A stretch of 64,000 nt of DNA from an uncultured delta proteobacterium (GCA_963791005.1 CAWBQR010000017.1:29455-93454), one strand, 5' to 3'; counted from the first letter of the stretch, positions 1-10,464 are shown. Program-made: numbers and translations. The notes: generated from the letters alone by a model not told the origin.

Positions 1-1581
1 GATGAGGCCCTCGACGACCCTCAGCGATAATTTTTCCTGCCGTCCTTCCTCACCGGCGACGAATGGATGGGAAAAGATGCACCCCAGCGGCACAAGCAGC
101 CACGAAAGGGCGATCGGGGGAATCAGACCCAGGTAGACCAGCGGGAACATGCAGACCGCGCCGCCGTAGAAAAGGGCGCCTGAGACCCCGAAGGGGTCAG
201 TCAGCAGCTCGACCCGGCTCACCCGTCCCCAAAGATTCCTGATGTGCAGCAGCAGACCGGAGAAGATCAGAAACACGCCGAGAGCCAGGGCCACGGCCAT
301 CAGGTAGGGAATGTTCTGAAAGGGTGAAAACCACAGGGCCGGCAGCAGCTCTTCCAGCCCGAAAACACTGCCGAAAAGAACCCCGAAGAGCGCGGCGGAG
401 CAGCCTACTTCGGCAAGAAGCAGCCCCTCTTCCCTGAAACGGGTGTACCGTCTCATCCCTATCCCCGCAGCCGCCAGAACGGCTCCCTGGCCGACGTCTG
501 CGAACATCATCCCGAACAGGACGAGAAAGCCCACTCCGAGAAGAGGCGTCGGCTCGACTTCCCCGTACAGAGGGGTACCGTAGATCGCCAGGATTTTCTG
601 GAAGGGGCGCAGAAGCCGCGGATTGGCCAGTTGAACCGGGGTATCGTCGCCCTTGGCCGCCAGGCGCCGCAGCACAAACCGCCCGGGGCAGACCTCCGTG
701 AGGAGATTTTTCAGTTCCCGGTACTTCAACCTGGGAAGCCACCCTCCGAGCATGACGACCCTGCGGGTGAAGCCGAAGGCGTTTTCAGCTTCCCGCAGGG
801 AGAGTTCGGCCGAGACGGCCAGATGGCGTAAGGCAAGGTGTTTGCGGTGCTCCTCGCGCAGGCCGGCCAGGCGGCCGTCGAGGGTAGAAATGTACTTGAG
901 AATCCTGGACTGTGTCTGCAGGACCCTTTGACGGACCTCGTCGAAGGAGCCGGAGATGGTTTGGGACAGGGGTTGAGGCTGAAAGTCCAGGCCGGTCAAG
1001 AGTTTTTCCAGCCCTGCCGAATAACCACTGGCGGTAAGAATGGCCACCAATAACTCGCGCTCGCTCCGCCAGGGGAAGAAAACGAGGCCAGGCAGGGTAT
1101 TGACGGGCAGTTTCTTTTCGGCTGCGACGGGTAGGAGACCGGTCAGGAGCCGGGCATGGCGCAGAGAAGCCAGTTCTGAAAAATCCCCTTCCAGCCCGTT
1201 CATGAGACTTAAAAAAGCCTCAAGTTGCTTGAGTGACCGCAGCTTTCTGGATACCTCCTCCCGCCTGTCCAGGATACGCCTCACGAACGCGGAAAGGTCA
1301 TTGGCCCAGCTTTCCCACAGGGAGAAATCCTCGATGGATAGAAGTTCCTCGGGTTTTTCACCTTCGAGGTCGAGGTCCCGGATAAGGGCATGGAGGACTT
1401 CGGACAGGGCCCGAACCCGTTCGGTGGCAGGCTCGTCCTCGATCGGACGTGAGGGCAGCCTCTGCCTGTCGACGGGACGCAGGTGCAGAATCCTCCCCTT
1501 GGCCAGGGCGCGTGACACTTCGGGCAGGTCACTTTTAAGGATCATAAGTTCGACCCTGTCCATGGGGTTCGGGTGAAACAT
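1..1581 (-). CDS. V/A-type ATP synthase subunit I (a), partial, runs off window edge
   Basis: Not in the ORF track (no stop in window). Translates MFHPNPMDRVELMILKSDL...GWLP...TPVQLANPRLLRPFQKILAIYGTPLYGEVEPTP...FGMMFADVGQG, which are hallmark subunit I motifs. Confidence 0.9.
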   Translation of the reverse strand, partial: MFHPNPMDRVELMILKSDLPEVSRALAKGRILHLRPVDRQRLPSRPIEDEPATERVRALSEVLHALIRDLDLEGEKPEELLSIEDFSLWESWANDLSAFVRRILDRREEVSRKLRSLKQLEAFLSLMNGLEGDFSELASLRHARLLTGLLPVAAEKKLPVNTLPGLVFFPWRSERELLVAILTASGYSAGLEKLLTGLDFQPQPLSQTISGSFDEVRQRVLQTQSRILKYISTLDGRLAGLREEHRKHLALRHLAVSAELSLREAENAFGFTRRVVMLGGWLPRLKYRELKNLLTEVCPGRFVLRRLAAKGDDTPVQLANPRLLRPFQKILAIYGTPLYGEVEPTPLLGVGFLVLFGMMFADVGQGAVLAAAGIGMRRYTRFREEGLLLAEVGCSAALFGVLFGSVFGLEELLPALWFSPFQNIPYLMAVALALGVFLIFSGLLLHIRNLWGRVSRVELLTDPFGVSGALFYGGAVCMFPLVYLGLIPPIALSWLLVPLGCIFSHPFVAGEEGRQEKLSLRVVEGLI

Positions 1582-1584
1582 GGC

Positions 1585-2595
1585 TCATCCTCTCCGGGCC
1601 GCAAGAAAAGCATCGATATTGTCGCCGCGTTTCAGCCGCAGGCCGTTCAGTACCACTTCCAGATCCCGTATTTCGATTTCCTTGAGCAGCAGTGAAGCCA
1701 GGGGAACGGAGATATTGAAGGGGTGCGAGCGCAGAGCCCTCTGCAGGCGGTGGTACAGACGGCGCCACAAGGCTGTTTCCCCCTCTGAGGAGAGGGGGTT
1801 GGGGACATGGGGCAGGGGAAACATGCGGGAGAGGGCATCTGCCGGTGAGGAAGAGCGAAGGGCCTCCCTGACCCAGCCGCGGCGGTAGATGCTCCCCATG
1901 GGAGGCAATACGTTCAGGACAAGCGCATCTTCCAGACCGGCCCGCCATCCGCGATGGATCAGGTTGAAGCGGTCGATGTCGGCTCTGAACCCAAGGATGT
2001 CCCCGGCGCCCCGCCGTTCAAACAGGGAGAGTTTACCGAGAAGATCCCCGATCCTGCACCAGAATTCATGATCAAGGCCCGTTTCGAGGTGAAAGAGCCT
2101 TCCGTCCTCCGGAAGCTCGAGAGCTTTGCGGAAAATCTTTCCGAAGGAATGAATGGGAAGGCTTCCGGCGAGTTCCTCGAAGGACCCGGCTTTCCGAAGA
2201 TTTTCAGGAGAAAGGCGGGTTTCCACCCCACCGGGGATCAGGAGGGGATGAAAGTCTTCCGCGGACCGGCCGGCGAGCAGACCCCTTGAGACGACCTTGA
2301 GGTTCTCCACGTCGACCCAGCCGAGATATCCCTTGACCAGAGCGGTGGCCCGGCCCGAGAGGGAACGGGAAATCAGCCGGCCGAAGTCGAGAAATTCGAG
2401 GTTAAGGCCTTCGCCGGTCCGGTAGAACTCGGCTCGAAAAACGGTTTTCTCCCGAAGCCTGGCCAGAGCCTTGTCGAGGGAGGGAAGCTGCGAGAGCTCT
2501 TCAAAATCCTTCTCTCCAAGGAATCGGGTTGCCAGCGCCCGCGCCCTGGTGGCGGCAAAGGGATATCGCATGGACCGCAGCAGCATGGACGTCAC
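1585..2595 (-). CDS. V/A-type ATPase subunit C (V0D/AC39 family)
   Basis: 336 aa; YPFAATRARAL N-terminus, DVENLKVVSRG and LLKEIEIRDLEVVLNG motifs; adjacent to subunit I. Confidence 0.85.
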   Translation of the reverse strand: MTSMLLRSMRYPFAATRARALATRFLGEKDFEELSQLPSLDKALARLREKTVFRAEFYRTGEGLNLEFLDFGRLISRSLSGRATALVKGYLGWVDVENLKVVSRGLLAGRSAEDFHPLLIPGGVETRLSPENLRKAGSFEELAGSLPIHSFGKIFRKALELPEDGRLFHLETGLDHEFWCRIGDLLGKLSLFERRGAGDILGFRADIDRFNLIHRGWRAGLEDALVLNVLPPMGSIYRRGWVREALRSSSPADALSRMFPLPHVPNPLSSEGETALWRRLYHRLQRALRSHPFNISVPLASLLLKEIEIRDLEVVLNGLRLKRGDNIDAFLAARRG

Positions 2596-2903
2596 TCCCC
2601 CAGCAGGTCAAAAACGTGATCGACCGCCTTCTGCCGGTTCCTCTCGGCTGATTTATGGAGAAAACTTTCCTTCTCGTGGACCTCCCTGCGAAGCTCGGCC
2701 GCCAGGCGATTTGTCTCTTCATCCGCTGCAGCCGTTTGGCTCTCCCTCTGGCGAACGATTTCCTCCTCGGTCTCACGAAGCAGGTCCTCGGCCTGCCTGC
2801 GGCAAACTTCGACGATACGAGCGGCATCCTCCCGTGCCAGGGAAAGACGTTTCTCCCCATCCCTTTCGAGTTCAAGAACTGCCTGGATCTCCTTGCGCAG
2901 CAT
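2592..2903 (-). CDS. V/A-type ATPase peripheral stalk subunit G/H
   Basis: About 103 aa charged coiled coil (MLRKEIQAVLELERDGEKRLSLAREDAARIV); overlaps the subunit C start. Confidence 0.75.
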   Translation of the reverse strand: MLRKEIQAVLELERDGEKRLSLAREDAARIVEVCRRQAEDLLRETEEEIVRQRESQTAAADEETNRLAAELRREVHEKESFLHKSAERNRQKAVDHVFDLLGE

Positions 2904-3072
2904 CCGGTTTACCCATCCCCCTTGTCTTCTTGGGACCGAAACCATCGTATAGAAAAATTATCAGTTTTTTCGAGGCTTTCAAGCCGCAAGGCGGTAAATT
3001 TCACCCCCCTCTCCGGCAGTTGCGTCAGGGACGGGGCCGTCAATCTCCCCCACCGCTTCGGACTTTTTCCCC

Positions 3073-3312
3073 GTGGGGCCACCGATCCTCTTCATACACA
3101 TCATTCTTCCGGTCTCTCTGATCATCCTGGCCGGTTTTGTCCTGGAAAAGGTCGCCCGCCTCGACTTTGGCACCCGGACTTACAGTTCGCTCTCTATCTC
3201 TTCACTCCCGCCCTGGTCATTTCAGCCCTGATGAAACGGCACGTCCGTCTGGACCTCGCTGCTCACCTCGGTCTGTTCACGGTTTTGTGCACGACGGTGC
3301 TCCTGGGTGTTT
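3073..3312 (+). pseudogene. Truncated AEC-family (membrane transport) gene remnant
   Basis: Reads ILFIHIILPVSLIILAGFVLEKVARLDF, then a frameshift, then LYLFTPALVISALM, resembling the AEC N-terminus; ends at a REP-like repeat. Confidence 0.55.
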
Positions 3313-3378
3313 TACTTCGCGGACTTCGCGCCTGCGCGCTGAAGCGCTCCGTCGCGCAAGCGCGGCTTCGCGTGAGAG
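3310..3378. repeat. REP-like short repeat (cttcgcg..cttcgcg..cttcgcgtgaga)
   Basis: Three CTTCGCG units around an imperfect GC hairpin, in an intergenic position. Confidence 0.5.
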
Positions 3379-3413
3379 ATGATTTTAAGAGGGGAACTTT
3401 TGTGCAGGTCGGA

Positions 3414-4385
3414 TTAGCGGATGATCCTGGTCGCTCGGCAGAGAGCCGAGAAGGGGATCTGAATGTCCATCATTTTGGCGGTCTTCAGGTTGATCACAAG
3501 GGATATGTTTCGCGGAGAACGGATGGAAATGGTTGGGTTCTTTTCTCCTGCCAGATAATGCCGGACACACTCGGCCATCAACTTCCCTTCTTCGGCAGGA
3601 TCCATTTCCAGGCCAATAAGAGCCCCCTGATCGGCGAGGCCGGGAATCTCCGAAATCAGCGGCAGGAATTTCCTGGCTGAAAATTCGAGGACATTTTGAA
3701 TCCCGGGATAAAAATCGGGGCTGTCGAAAAGAAAAAGGATGTTTACCCAGGGCGGAAAGGCCTCCAGGGCGGCGCCGAGGTCACCATGGGTTCGGATGTC
3801 GGACTTGATGAGGGAAAAACCGTATTTTCGCCCCAGGTCTTCGAGAATCTTCATCTTCTCCGCCGATTCGGGATCTGCGGAGGAAAAGAGCACCCCGAGC
3901 CTTTTAAACTCACGCGCCTCCCTGGCGGTCAGGATGAGGGTTTCCATTGGTGGGGCGCAAACACCTGCAATTATGGTTTTTTTGCCGTACAGAGCCGAAA
4001 TTTCACGGGCCTCCTCCCTTTGCAGTCCGGCATAGACCACCGGCACTCCGGTTTTTGCCCCGAGAACGGCCCGGGTTGCAAAGACGCCGTAGGTCAAAAC
4101 CAGGTCCGGGCGGCTTTCCAGTTTTTTCCGAACGGCGGACAGGCTTGAGCCCTGCCCGGGCGAAAGAGTGATCTGCTCACTCCTGAAGGGGGTCTCGCCC
4201 CTGCCCTCGAAAGACTTGAGAAAGGCCTGGTGAACCTGATGGTAGTGGGGCAAATCTGAGGAGAAAACAACCAGGATGTTCTTTGCCGCTAGGGCCGGCC
4301 CATTGAAAAGAAAAAACAGAAGAGGAGGGACGAGGAAGAGACGCCGAAGGATTTTCACACCACCACTCAAGACATCCGGAAACAA
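3414..4385 (-). CDS. ABC transporter substrate-binding-like periplasmic protein (ABC_sub_bind type)
   Basis: Signal peptide, VPVVYAG, KRLGVLFS and C-terminal LVINLKTAKMMDIQIP motif; start codon uncertain. Confidence 0.8.
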   Translation of the reverse strand: MFPDVLSGGVKILRRLFLVPPLLFFLFNGPALAAKNILVVFSSDLPHYHQVHQAFLKSFEGRGETPFRSEQITLSPGQGSSLSAVRKKLESRPDLVLTYGVFATRAVLGAKTGVPVVYAGLQREEAREISALYGKKTIIAGVCAPPMETLILTAREAREFKRLGVLFSSADPESAEKMKILEDLGRKYGFSLIKSDIRTHGDLGAALEAFPPWVNILFLFDSPDFYPGIQNVLEFSARKFLPLISEIPGLADQGALIGLEMDPAEEGKLMAECVRHYLAGEKNPTISIRSPRNISLVINLKTAKMMDIQIPFSALCRATRIIR

Positions 4386-4389
4386 GGTG

Positions 4390-4418
4390 AGTTCCCATCC
4401 GCCAGGCGGATGGGAACT
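4390..4418. repeat. Perfect 14-bp inverted repeat
   Basis: AGTTCCCATCCGCC-A-GGCGGATGGGAACT. Confidence 0.7.
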
Positions 4419-4733
4419 ACCAATGGCAAGAGCATCTCATTGCAAGGGAATACAACCCGCTTAGTGAACTCGGGGATTGAACAACAACTGTGAAGTTAAC
4501 ACTGCAAGAAACATGATAATTTTCAGGCCTGGAACAATCTTTTCTTTTTTTCGCAGTGATTCAGGTCGGTTTGAACTTTCACCCGAAGACGGTACCCGTC
4601 GCCCTTATCCCGGGGTGCTGGTTTTTGACGTAAACTCTGCCAAGTTCTTCGCCAAAAGACGGAAAGGCCGCCCTCCACCGGAGAGACGGTCTTTCTCAAA
4701 AAAACTCCATCCGAGTCCCTGTCCCTGCACCAT

Positions 4734-5822
4734 TCAAAACAACGTCCCCACGACAACCCCCAAGGCCGAAATGGGGCCGGTGTCGCCCAGCCCATCGACG
4801 GTTTTATCCACCTTGTGCAAGGTCGTCTTGGCGTCCCGGTACAGGTCGTCCTCATTGACGAGTCGCCCCATGGTCCCCTTGCCCTGATCGATTTTGGCCG
4901 CGATGCTGTTGGCGTGGGTCATTGTGCTGCGAGTCTCTTCGTAGAGGGAATCATCGTTGAGCAGTTTGCCCAGGGTCCCGACCCCATGGTTCGCCTTGTC
5001 GGAGATCTCCCGAAAATTGGCCAGGGCATCCGCCGCATCGGTATAAAGCCGGTCATCGGTAAAGAGGCGCCCGAGGGTTCCCTTTCCCTCTTTGACCCCA
5101 TCGGAGAGGCTGCGCAGGTTGGCTACCGTCACCCGGGTATCCTCGTACAAGCCCGGGTCCTTAAGGAGGCGACCCAGGGTTCCCTGCCCGCTCTCAAGCT
5201 CTGCCACGACCTTATGAAAACCGGCCACGGTTTTCTCGACTTCCGAGTAGAGACGGGGGTCGTTCACCAGCCGCCCCAGGCTCCCCTCTCCACGGTCGAT
5301 CTTGGCGGTGATGCTTTCCAGCTGTTTCGCCGTTTGGGACAATGGTTTTCGAGTTTCTTCGACCATTTGACCGAGGGCATGGAGGACCTGCTGCTGGTTC
5401 CGGTCCAGGTTGGTTATCAACTGGTCGACGTTGACCCTTTCCTCCGTCCTGACATTGGAGCCCGGAGGAAGCACGGGGCTTTGGGGAGCCCCGAAGGTCA
5501 GTCCCAGGAACTGGCCCCCAAGGAGGTTGGTCTGACGGACCCTGGCCACCGAATCCTTGCGAACGCTCGTTTCTTCGCTCACATCGAAGCGGACTTTCAC
5601 GCGATCTTGTTCCAGGGAGATGGTGCGAACTTTGCCCACCTCAACCCCGGCCATCTTGACCGGGTCCCCGACCTTCAGGCCGACCGTCGAGAGAAAAAGC
5701 GCCTGATACTCCTTGCGGGCCTGAAACGGATGCCATCCCTGGACGAGCTCGATCATCACCGCAAGCGCCACCAGCGCCAGCAGAAAAAAGATCCCAACCT
5801 TCTTTTCGGTGGACAGGGCCAT
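4734..5822 (-). CDS. mlaD: MCE/MlaD family protein with extended helical repeat tail
   Basis: N-terminal TM, MCE motif GLKVGDPVKMAGVEVGKV...NLLGGQFL, five 34-aa GxGTLGRL repeats. Confidence 0.9.
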   Translation of the reverse strand: MALSTEKKVGIFFLLALVALAVMIELVQGWHPFQARKEYQALFLSTVGLKVGDPVKMAGVEVGKVRTISLEQDRVKVRFDVSEETSVRKDSVARVRQTNLLGGQFLGLTFGAPQSPVLPPGSNVRTEERVNVDQLITNLDRNQQQVLHALGQMVEETRKPLSQTAKQLESITAKIDRGEGSLGRLVNDPRLYSEVEKTVAGFHKVVAELESGQGTLGRLLKDPGLYEDTRVTVANLRSLSDGVKEGKGTLGRLFTDDRLYTDAADALANFREISDKANHGVGTLGKLLNDDSLYEETRSTMTHANSIAAKIDQGKGTMGRLVNEDDLYRDAKTTLHKVDKTVDGLGDTGPISALGVVVGTLF

Positions 5823-5823
5823 G

Positions 5824-6634
5824 CTAATCCCCTCCCTTGATACCCTTGGTCGTGGTGTAAATGAAATTTCTGACGATGGGATTCGTGCTCGCCTTGATTT
5901 CGGCGGGCGTCCCGATTTCGACAATCCGCCCTTCGCTGATCATGGCCACCCGGTCGGAAAGGTAGAGTGCGAAGTTCAGGTCGTGGCTCACGATGATGGT
6001 GGTCAGGTTAACCTTCTCCTTCAGGTCCATGATGACCCGGGCCAGCTCATCGGAGGTGACCGGGTCGAGTTCGGCCGTCGGTTCGTCGTAGAGGATGAGG
6101 TCGGGGTTCATGGCCAGGGAGCGGGCAATTGCGACACGCTTCTTCATCCCCCCGGAGAGCTCCGAAGTCATCAGGTCTTCTTTGCCTTCGAGTCCGACCA
6201 GGCGAAAGTTTTTCCCGAATAATCCCGCGAATGCGGGATTCGACGCAAATGCGCTTTTCCCGGAGCCACAGGCCGACATTCTCTCCCACGGAAAGAGAAT
6301 TGAACAGGGCCGAGGATTGGAAAACCATGCTGTAGCGAAAACCCCGGCGCTCCTGCTCTCGAGGTTTGTAGATGTCCTGGCCGTCGATCAATATCCGGCC
6401 GCTGTCGGGTTTTTCCAATTTGACGATATGTTTCAGCAGGACGCTTTTCCCGGTTCCCGAGGGCCCTATGATGGAAAAGGTTTCCCCTGGCTCGATCTCG
6501 AGGTTGATGTCCTTGAGCACATGATTGCCGTTGAAGGACTTGTTCAGGTCGACGATGGCAATGCCGACCCCGTGGGAGTCGTCGTAGCCCGAGAGACATT
6601 CGCCATCGGTAAAAACCGAGGCGCGTTAAGCCAT
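5824..6634 (-). CDS. mlaF: MlaF-type ABC ATP-binding protein (frameshifted, probably assembly error)
   Basis: Walker A GPSGTGKS in ORF 6047-6520; LSGGMKKRVAIAR and LILYDEP in ORF 5824-6279; frame change near 6200; start approximate. Confidence 0.85.
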
Positions 6635-6704
6635 GTAGAAGTTTGGCTGAGCATAGTACTCTTATTGTTTACCTTTTTCCGGCCTTCGAATAGCGGACGT
6701 CGAC

Positions 6705-7473
6705 CTACATCATGAGCCGGGTCAGAAAATAGTCGGCGATGAATATCAGCAGAAAAGAAAGGACGACGGCCCGGGTGGTCGATCTGCCGATCCCTCTGGC
6801 CCCGCCGCTGGTCTTGAACCCGACATAACACCCGACATGAGCGACGATACCCCCGAAAACCGTGGCCTTGAGCAACCCCTTCAATATCTCCTTATAGTTC
6901 AGAACCTGGACCATATTGTCGTAGTAAACGCTGAAGGGAACGGCGATTTTGGGGTTGATGTCGCTTACCAGGCGCGCCTCCCGCGATGCCGATGATCACG
7001 GCAAAAACCACCAGGGCCGGCACAGCGAAAAGACAGGCGAGCAGTCGGGGCATGGCCAGGTAGCGCACCGGGTTGATCTCCAGGGTCTTGAGAGCGTCGA
7101 TCTCTTCGTACACTTCCATGGCGCCCACCTCGGCGGCCATGGCCGACCCGATGCGGCCGGCCACCAGGAGGCTGGTCATGACCGGTCCGAGTTCCTTGAC
7201 CATGGAAAGCCCGACGATAGCCCCGATGGCTTCCTGGGTGCCGTAAAGCGCCAGTTCGGTGCCGGTCTGCAGGGCCAGGACCATGCCGACGAAAAGGGCC
7301 ATCAGCGAGGCGATGGGGAGGGTTTCGACCCCGACTTCCCCCATCTGCCGGAAAATAGCCGGAAGATTGCGGGGAGCTTCCTTAAAATAGAAGAGGGTCT
7401 CCCACAGCAGAGTGAGCATCTCTCCGGCCATCTGGGCGACGGCGAGTATTTTTGCCCCCAATTTCTCAAGCAT
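6705..7473 (-). CDS. mlaE: MlaE-type ABC permease (frameshift near 6975)
   Basis: KELGPVMTSLLVAGRIGSAMAAEVGAM...EEIDAL motif; C-terminus GGARGIGRSTTRAVV is in a second frame. Confidence 0.88.
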
Positions 7474-8965
7474 GGTTCGATTTCCCTGAAATCCCCGGGG
7501 TCTTGTCTTCCCTCTTCCAGTCAAACCCCCAAGGCAGGTAAAAGAGGTTGATGCCTGCCTTGTCGGGCGATGCGTGATACTCGAAAAGTCCTTTCAGGAA
7601 CGAGAGCTCGGTGGTCCGTCCTTTCACATGCTTGTAGAAAAAAAGGGGGAAGACTTCCATGGCCAGGTTCTGCCCCTGGCGCTCTTTCCAGTAGAGGTTC
7701 CAAAGGAAGCTTGAAATTTCGTTTCCCCGGCGGTCCCATTTCCGTTGGTAGATGCGCCAGAGGGGCGCCCAGTTCCGTTCAATTCCCTGGTTTCCGGGGA
7801 AAAAGGGCTCCAGCAGCGACAGAGTGTAAAAACTGGAGACTCCCCGAACCCTTTCGTAGGTGAAAAAGGGCCATAAAGCTATCCGTCTTTTACCCCCTGT
7901 CTCATCGTTTCTGAGGGTCTCCCTCTGGTCGGAGTACAGGAAATAGAGCACCCTGTCCCTGCGTTGGTCAAGAAGCTTGTCGTGGGTTTCCTCGATTTTA
8001 TAAAGAGGCCATAAGTACCAGCGCTTGCGTGAGGTTCCATGCCTTTCGTCGGCAAAGATCGGCAGGAAGGTCACCCCTTCCCTGCCCGGTCCGCGGGAAA
8101 TTCTAAAAAGGGGCCAGGGGAAATCCCATTCTTCGTAGTTTTTTTTCCGGTTTTCAACATGGCTGAAGAACGGCCACAGACAGGTGCGGGAGGTTACGGC
8201 CGCGGAATCTTCAGCTACATAAAAGGGAAAGACGGCCCGCAGGCGCCGAGGATTTTCGGTATCGAGTTTCAGGTCGTAGGAAAAAAATATCGGCCAAAGA
8301 AAAAAGCGTTTTCTGTAAACTCCTTCTTTTCGACTCGCCCCGAACAGCGGCCAGACATTGAATCCCGATTCCTTATCGCCCTGGATTCTCGAAAAGACAG
8401 GCCAGAGTACATGCGTCTCGGTGGTATCCTTCTTTTGGGTCCGGGCATAGAGGGGGAAGAGTGCGAAGCGGATCTCATCCATCCCGAATTTGTCGTATAT
8501 TTTCCCTCCCAACGGGAAAAGAGCGAAATAATTGCCTCTCTCCTCCGTTTGGCCGTAAAAGAGCAGGGGAAAAAGCATGAACTCGTTTTGACTTCCGTTT
8601 CCCTTCGAACCGAAGTCGTAATTTAGCAGATGTATCCCTTGAAAGGAAAAACTGCCGGGCTCCGATTTTCTGGAGGCAACGGGGTAGAGATATTCGCTGT
8701 AGCTGAGATTTTCCGAAGGATCCCGGGTGTTGAAATAAAGGGGCCGCAGAGCGATTTCACGCTCGGAGTCCTTCTTTTCGTATTTGAAAATCGGCCCGAG
8801 CAAGTGGACGCTGGTATAGTGGGCCCCTTCCGAGTGCCGGTAGTCCAACACGGGCCACAGGGTGACGATCCGGCTCCCCTGCCCGTGAGCCGGTACGGGA
8901 GGCATTAAAAGCAGGAGGCCCAAAAGAAAGAACAGTCCCGTCCGTATCATCCCATAAGACCGCAA
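7466..8965 (-). CDS. Exported aromatic-rich repeat protein, putative outer-membrane beta protein
   Basis: 499 aa, signal peptide, more than 15 (L/V)(W/F)P(L/F)(F/Y) repeats; overlaps the mlaE start. Confidence 0.75.
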   Translation of the reverse strand: MRSYGMIRTGLFFLLGLLLLMPPVPAHGQGSRIVTLWPVLDYRHSEGAHYTSVHLLGPIFKYEKKDSEREIALRPLYFNTRDPSENLSYSEYLYPVASRKSEPGSFSFQGIHLLNYDFGSKGNGSQNEFMLFPLLFYGQTEERGNYFALFPLGGKIYDKFGMDEIRFALFPLYARTQKKDTTETHVLWPVFSRIQGDKESGFNVWPLFGASRKEGVYRKRFFLWPIFFSYDLKLDTENPRRLRAVFPFYVAEDSAAVTSRTCLWPFFSHVENRKKNYEEWDFPWPLFRISRGPGREGVTFLPIFADERHGTSRKRWYLWPLYKIEETHDKLLDQRRDRVLYFLYSDQRETLRNDETGGKRRIALWPFFTYERVRGVSSFYTLSLLEPFFPGNQGIERNWAPLWRIYQRKWDRRGNEISSFLWNLYWKERQGQNLAMEVFPLFFYKHVKGRTTELSFLKGLFEYHASPDKAGINLFYLPWGFDWKREDKTPGISGKSNHA

Positions 8966-9115
8966 TAACAGTTAATCTCCATTAAGCAAAAACCTGCAGA
9001 TAGTAGCAGGAGCCGGCACAAAACTCAACCGATCGGAAAAAGGCCCTTTGGCGTAGAGGACGGAGCCGGTGTTGAAGCCCCTACACCCTCGGCTGCCCAG
9101 GCTGGCCATGCCCGT

Positions 9116-9238
9116 TCAGGAAGGAGGATTTTTGTCTTTACGGCTACTGTTCACCAAGGCCATAATTCCGAAGATTACCGCCAGGACGAACAGAATAAAG
9201 ATAATGTCGCCGAGGAGCATGCCTGCCTCATGAATCAT
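9116..9238 (-). CDS. Small single-TM membrane protein (40 aa)
   Basis: MIHEAGMLLGDIIFILFVLAVIFGIMALVNSSRKDKNPPS; starts immediately after the TPR gene stop. Confidence 0.55.
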   Translation of the reverse strand: MIHEAGMLLGDIIFILFVLAVIFGIMALVNSSRKDKNPPS

Positions 9239-9239
9239 C

Positions 9240-10205
9240 TCAGCCACTCCTTCCGTCCAGGATCCGCTCTTTCCCTTCCAAGGCCGGAGTGAAGCCGGGG
9301 GCCAGTTCCAGCGCTTTGTCGAAGGCAGCAAAGGCTCCGGCCGCATCGCCGGTTCTCTCCCGGCAGGCGCCGAGAAGGTAGTAAAATTGGGCCGATGGGA
9401 ACTCGGAAGGGATGACTCCCTCCTCCTCCAGTCTTTCCACGATCGCCAGCGCTTCCCAGGCCTCCCCCGATGCCAGCCGCTCCATAGCCTCCCCGATCGC
9501 CTCGAGATCGTCGACCAGAGGGTAGTCGGGGACCTCCCGGCACTCTACCCGTTGGATTTTTTCCTGCAATGCCTCCCGGGTCGCGGCATCCGTCACCAGG
9601 TCGGCAACGGTGCTCCAGCGCCGGGTGGCAGCGGGATAGTCCCCGAAGAGAAAGTCGATTTCGCCCAGATAATTGAAGATACCCGGGTCTTCCGGGAGCT
9701 TTTTCAGGGATTGCTGTAGATATCTCATGGCCTTCAGCAGATGGGTCCGTGAATTTTTCAATTCAGGAAACATCAGGCCCAGCTCGAAACAGGTTTTCCC
9801 GAGCATTTGAAGGACCCGCGGATTTTCCGGTTCGAGAAGGGAGAAGATTTTCAGGAAGGTCAATTTGCGCTGAACATAAGGGGGGTCGACCTCCTTGTGA
9901 TCCAGCATGGCAATTTGCGCTCCGAGATCGGCGAGGTAGTGGGAAAAGGCATCCCTGAGCAATTCGGCATATTGCCGGTTGTGAGGACAGTCGGGAAACT
10001 GCCGGAGATAGTCGTAAATGCCCCTGCCGACGGCCTCGTCGGAGGGAAGGCCTTCCTCCATGTCGCCCCTGTGGACCGGAATCGGGATATTGGGAAGGGG
10101 AAAGGGGTGGCGGTCGGCCCCGATTTTCACGGTTATTCCTTCGCCGGGCGCCCACAGGAGGAAACCGGGGTTTTCTGTTGACAACTTCGGATCTTCGGAA
10201 GACAT
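9240..10205 (-). CDS. Tetratricopeptide repeat protein
   Basis: TPR-like helices (YLGEIDFLFGDYPAA; YYLLGACRERTGDAAGAFAAFDKALELAPGF). Confidence 0.8.
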   Translation of the reverse strand: MSSEDPKLSTENPGFLLWAPGEGITVKIGADRHPFPLPNIPIPVHRGDMEEGLPSDEAVGRGIYDYLRQFPDCPHNRQYAELLRDAFSHYLADLGAQIAMLDHKEVDPPYVQRKLTFLKIFSLLEPENPRVLQMLGKTCFELGLMFPELKNSRTHLLKAMRYLQQSLKKLPEDPGIFNYLGEIDFLFGDYPAATRRWSTVADLVTDAATREALQEKIQRVECREVPDYPLVDDLEAIGEAMERLASGEAWEALAIVERLEEEGVIPSEFPSAQFYYLLGACRERTGDAAGAFAAFDKALELAPGFTPALEGKERILDGRSG

Positions 10206-10432
10206 GGGAATATTCCTCAGGAGAGAATAGCTGACAACCTCCTCATCCCCCAATGTTGGTATCTGCTCGGGCAAAGAGATGGCGAAAAAAGGGGGTCGGC
10301 TTTTTTTACACCGGCGGATGGCGAAGGTCAACGGTCAAATGCCGGGATATTTAAAACAAGCCTGGTTGCCTTTCCACTCTTTGTTCAAATCTTCATCAGC
10401 TTCTGAAAGAGGCAAAGCGGAATCAGGCGGAG

Positions 10433-10464
10433 AAAAAAAGGTGGAGCGCGAATGGCTCCACCTT
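10433..10464 (-). terminator. Intrinsic terminator after the tRNA-Gln/Glu operon
   Basis: AAGGTGGAGC-loop-GCTCCACCTT followed by a T-run on the minus strand. Confidence 0.7.

Noticed and set aside
2655-3680. 341-aa plus-strand ORF
   Set aside because: Overlaps two minus-strand genes; only the short AEC-like segment looks coding.
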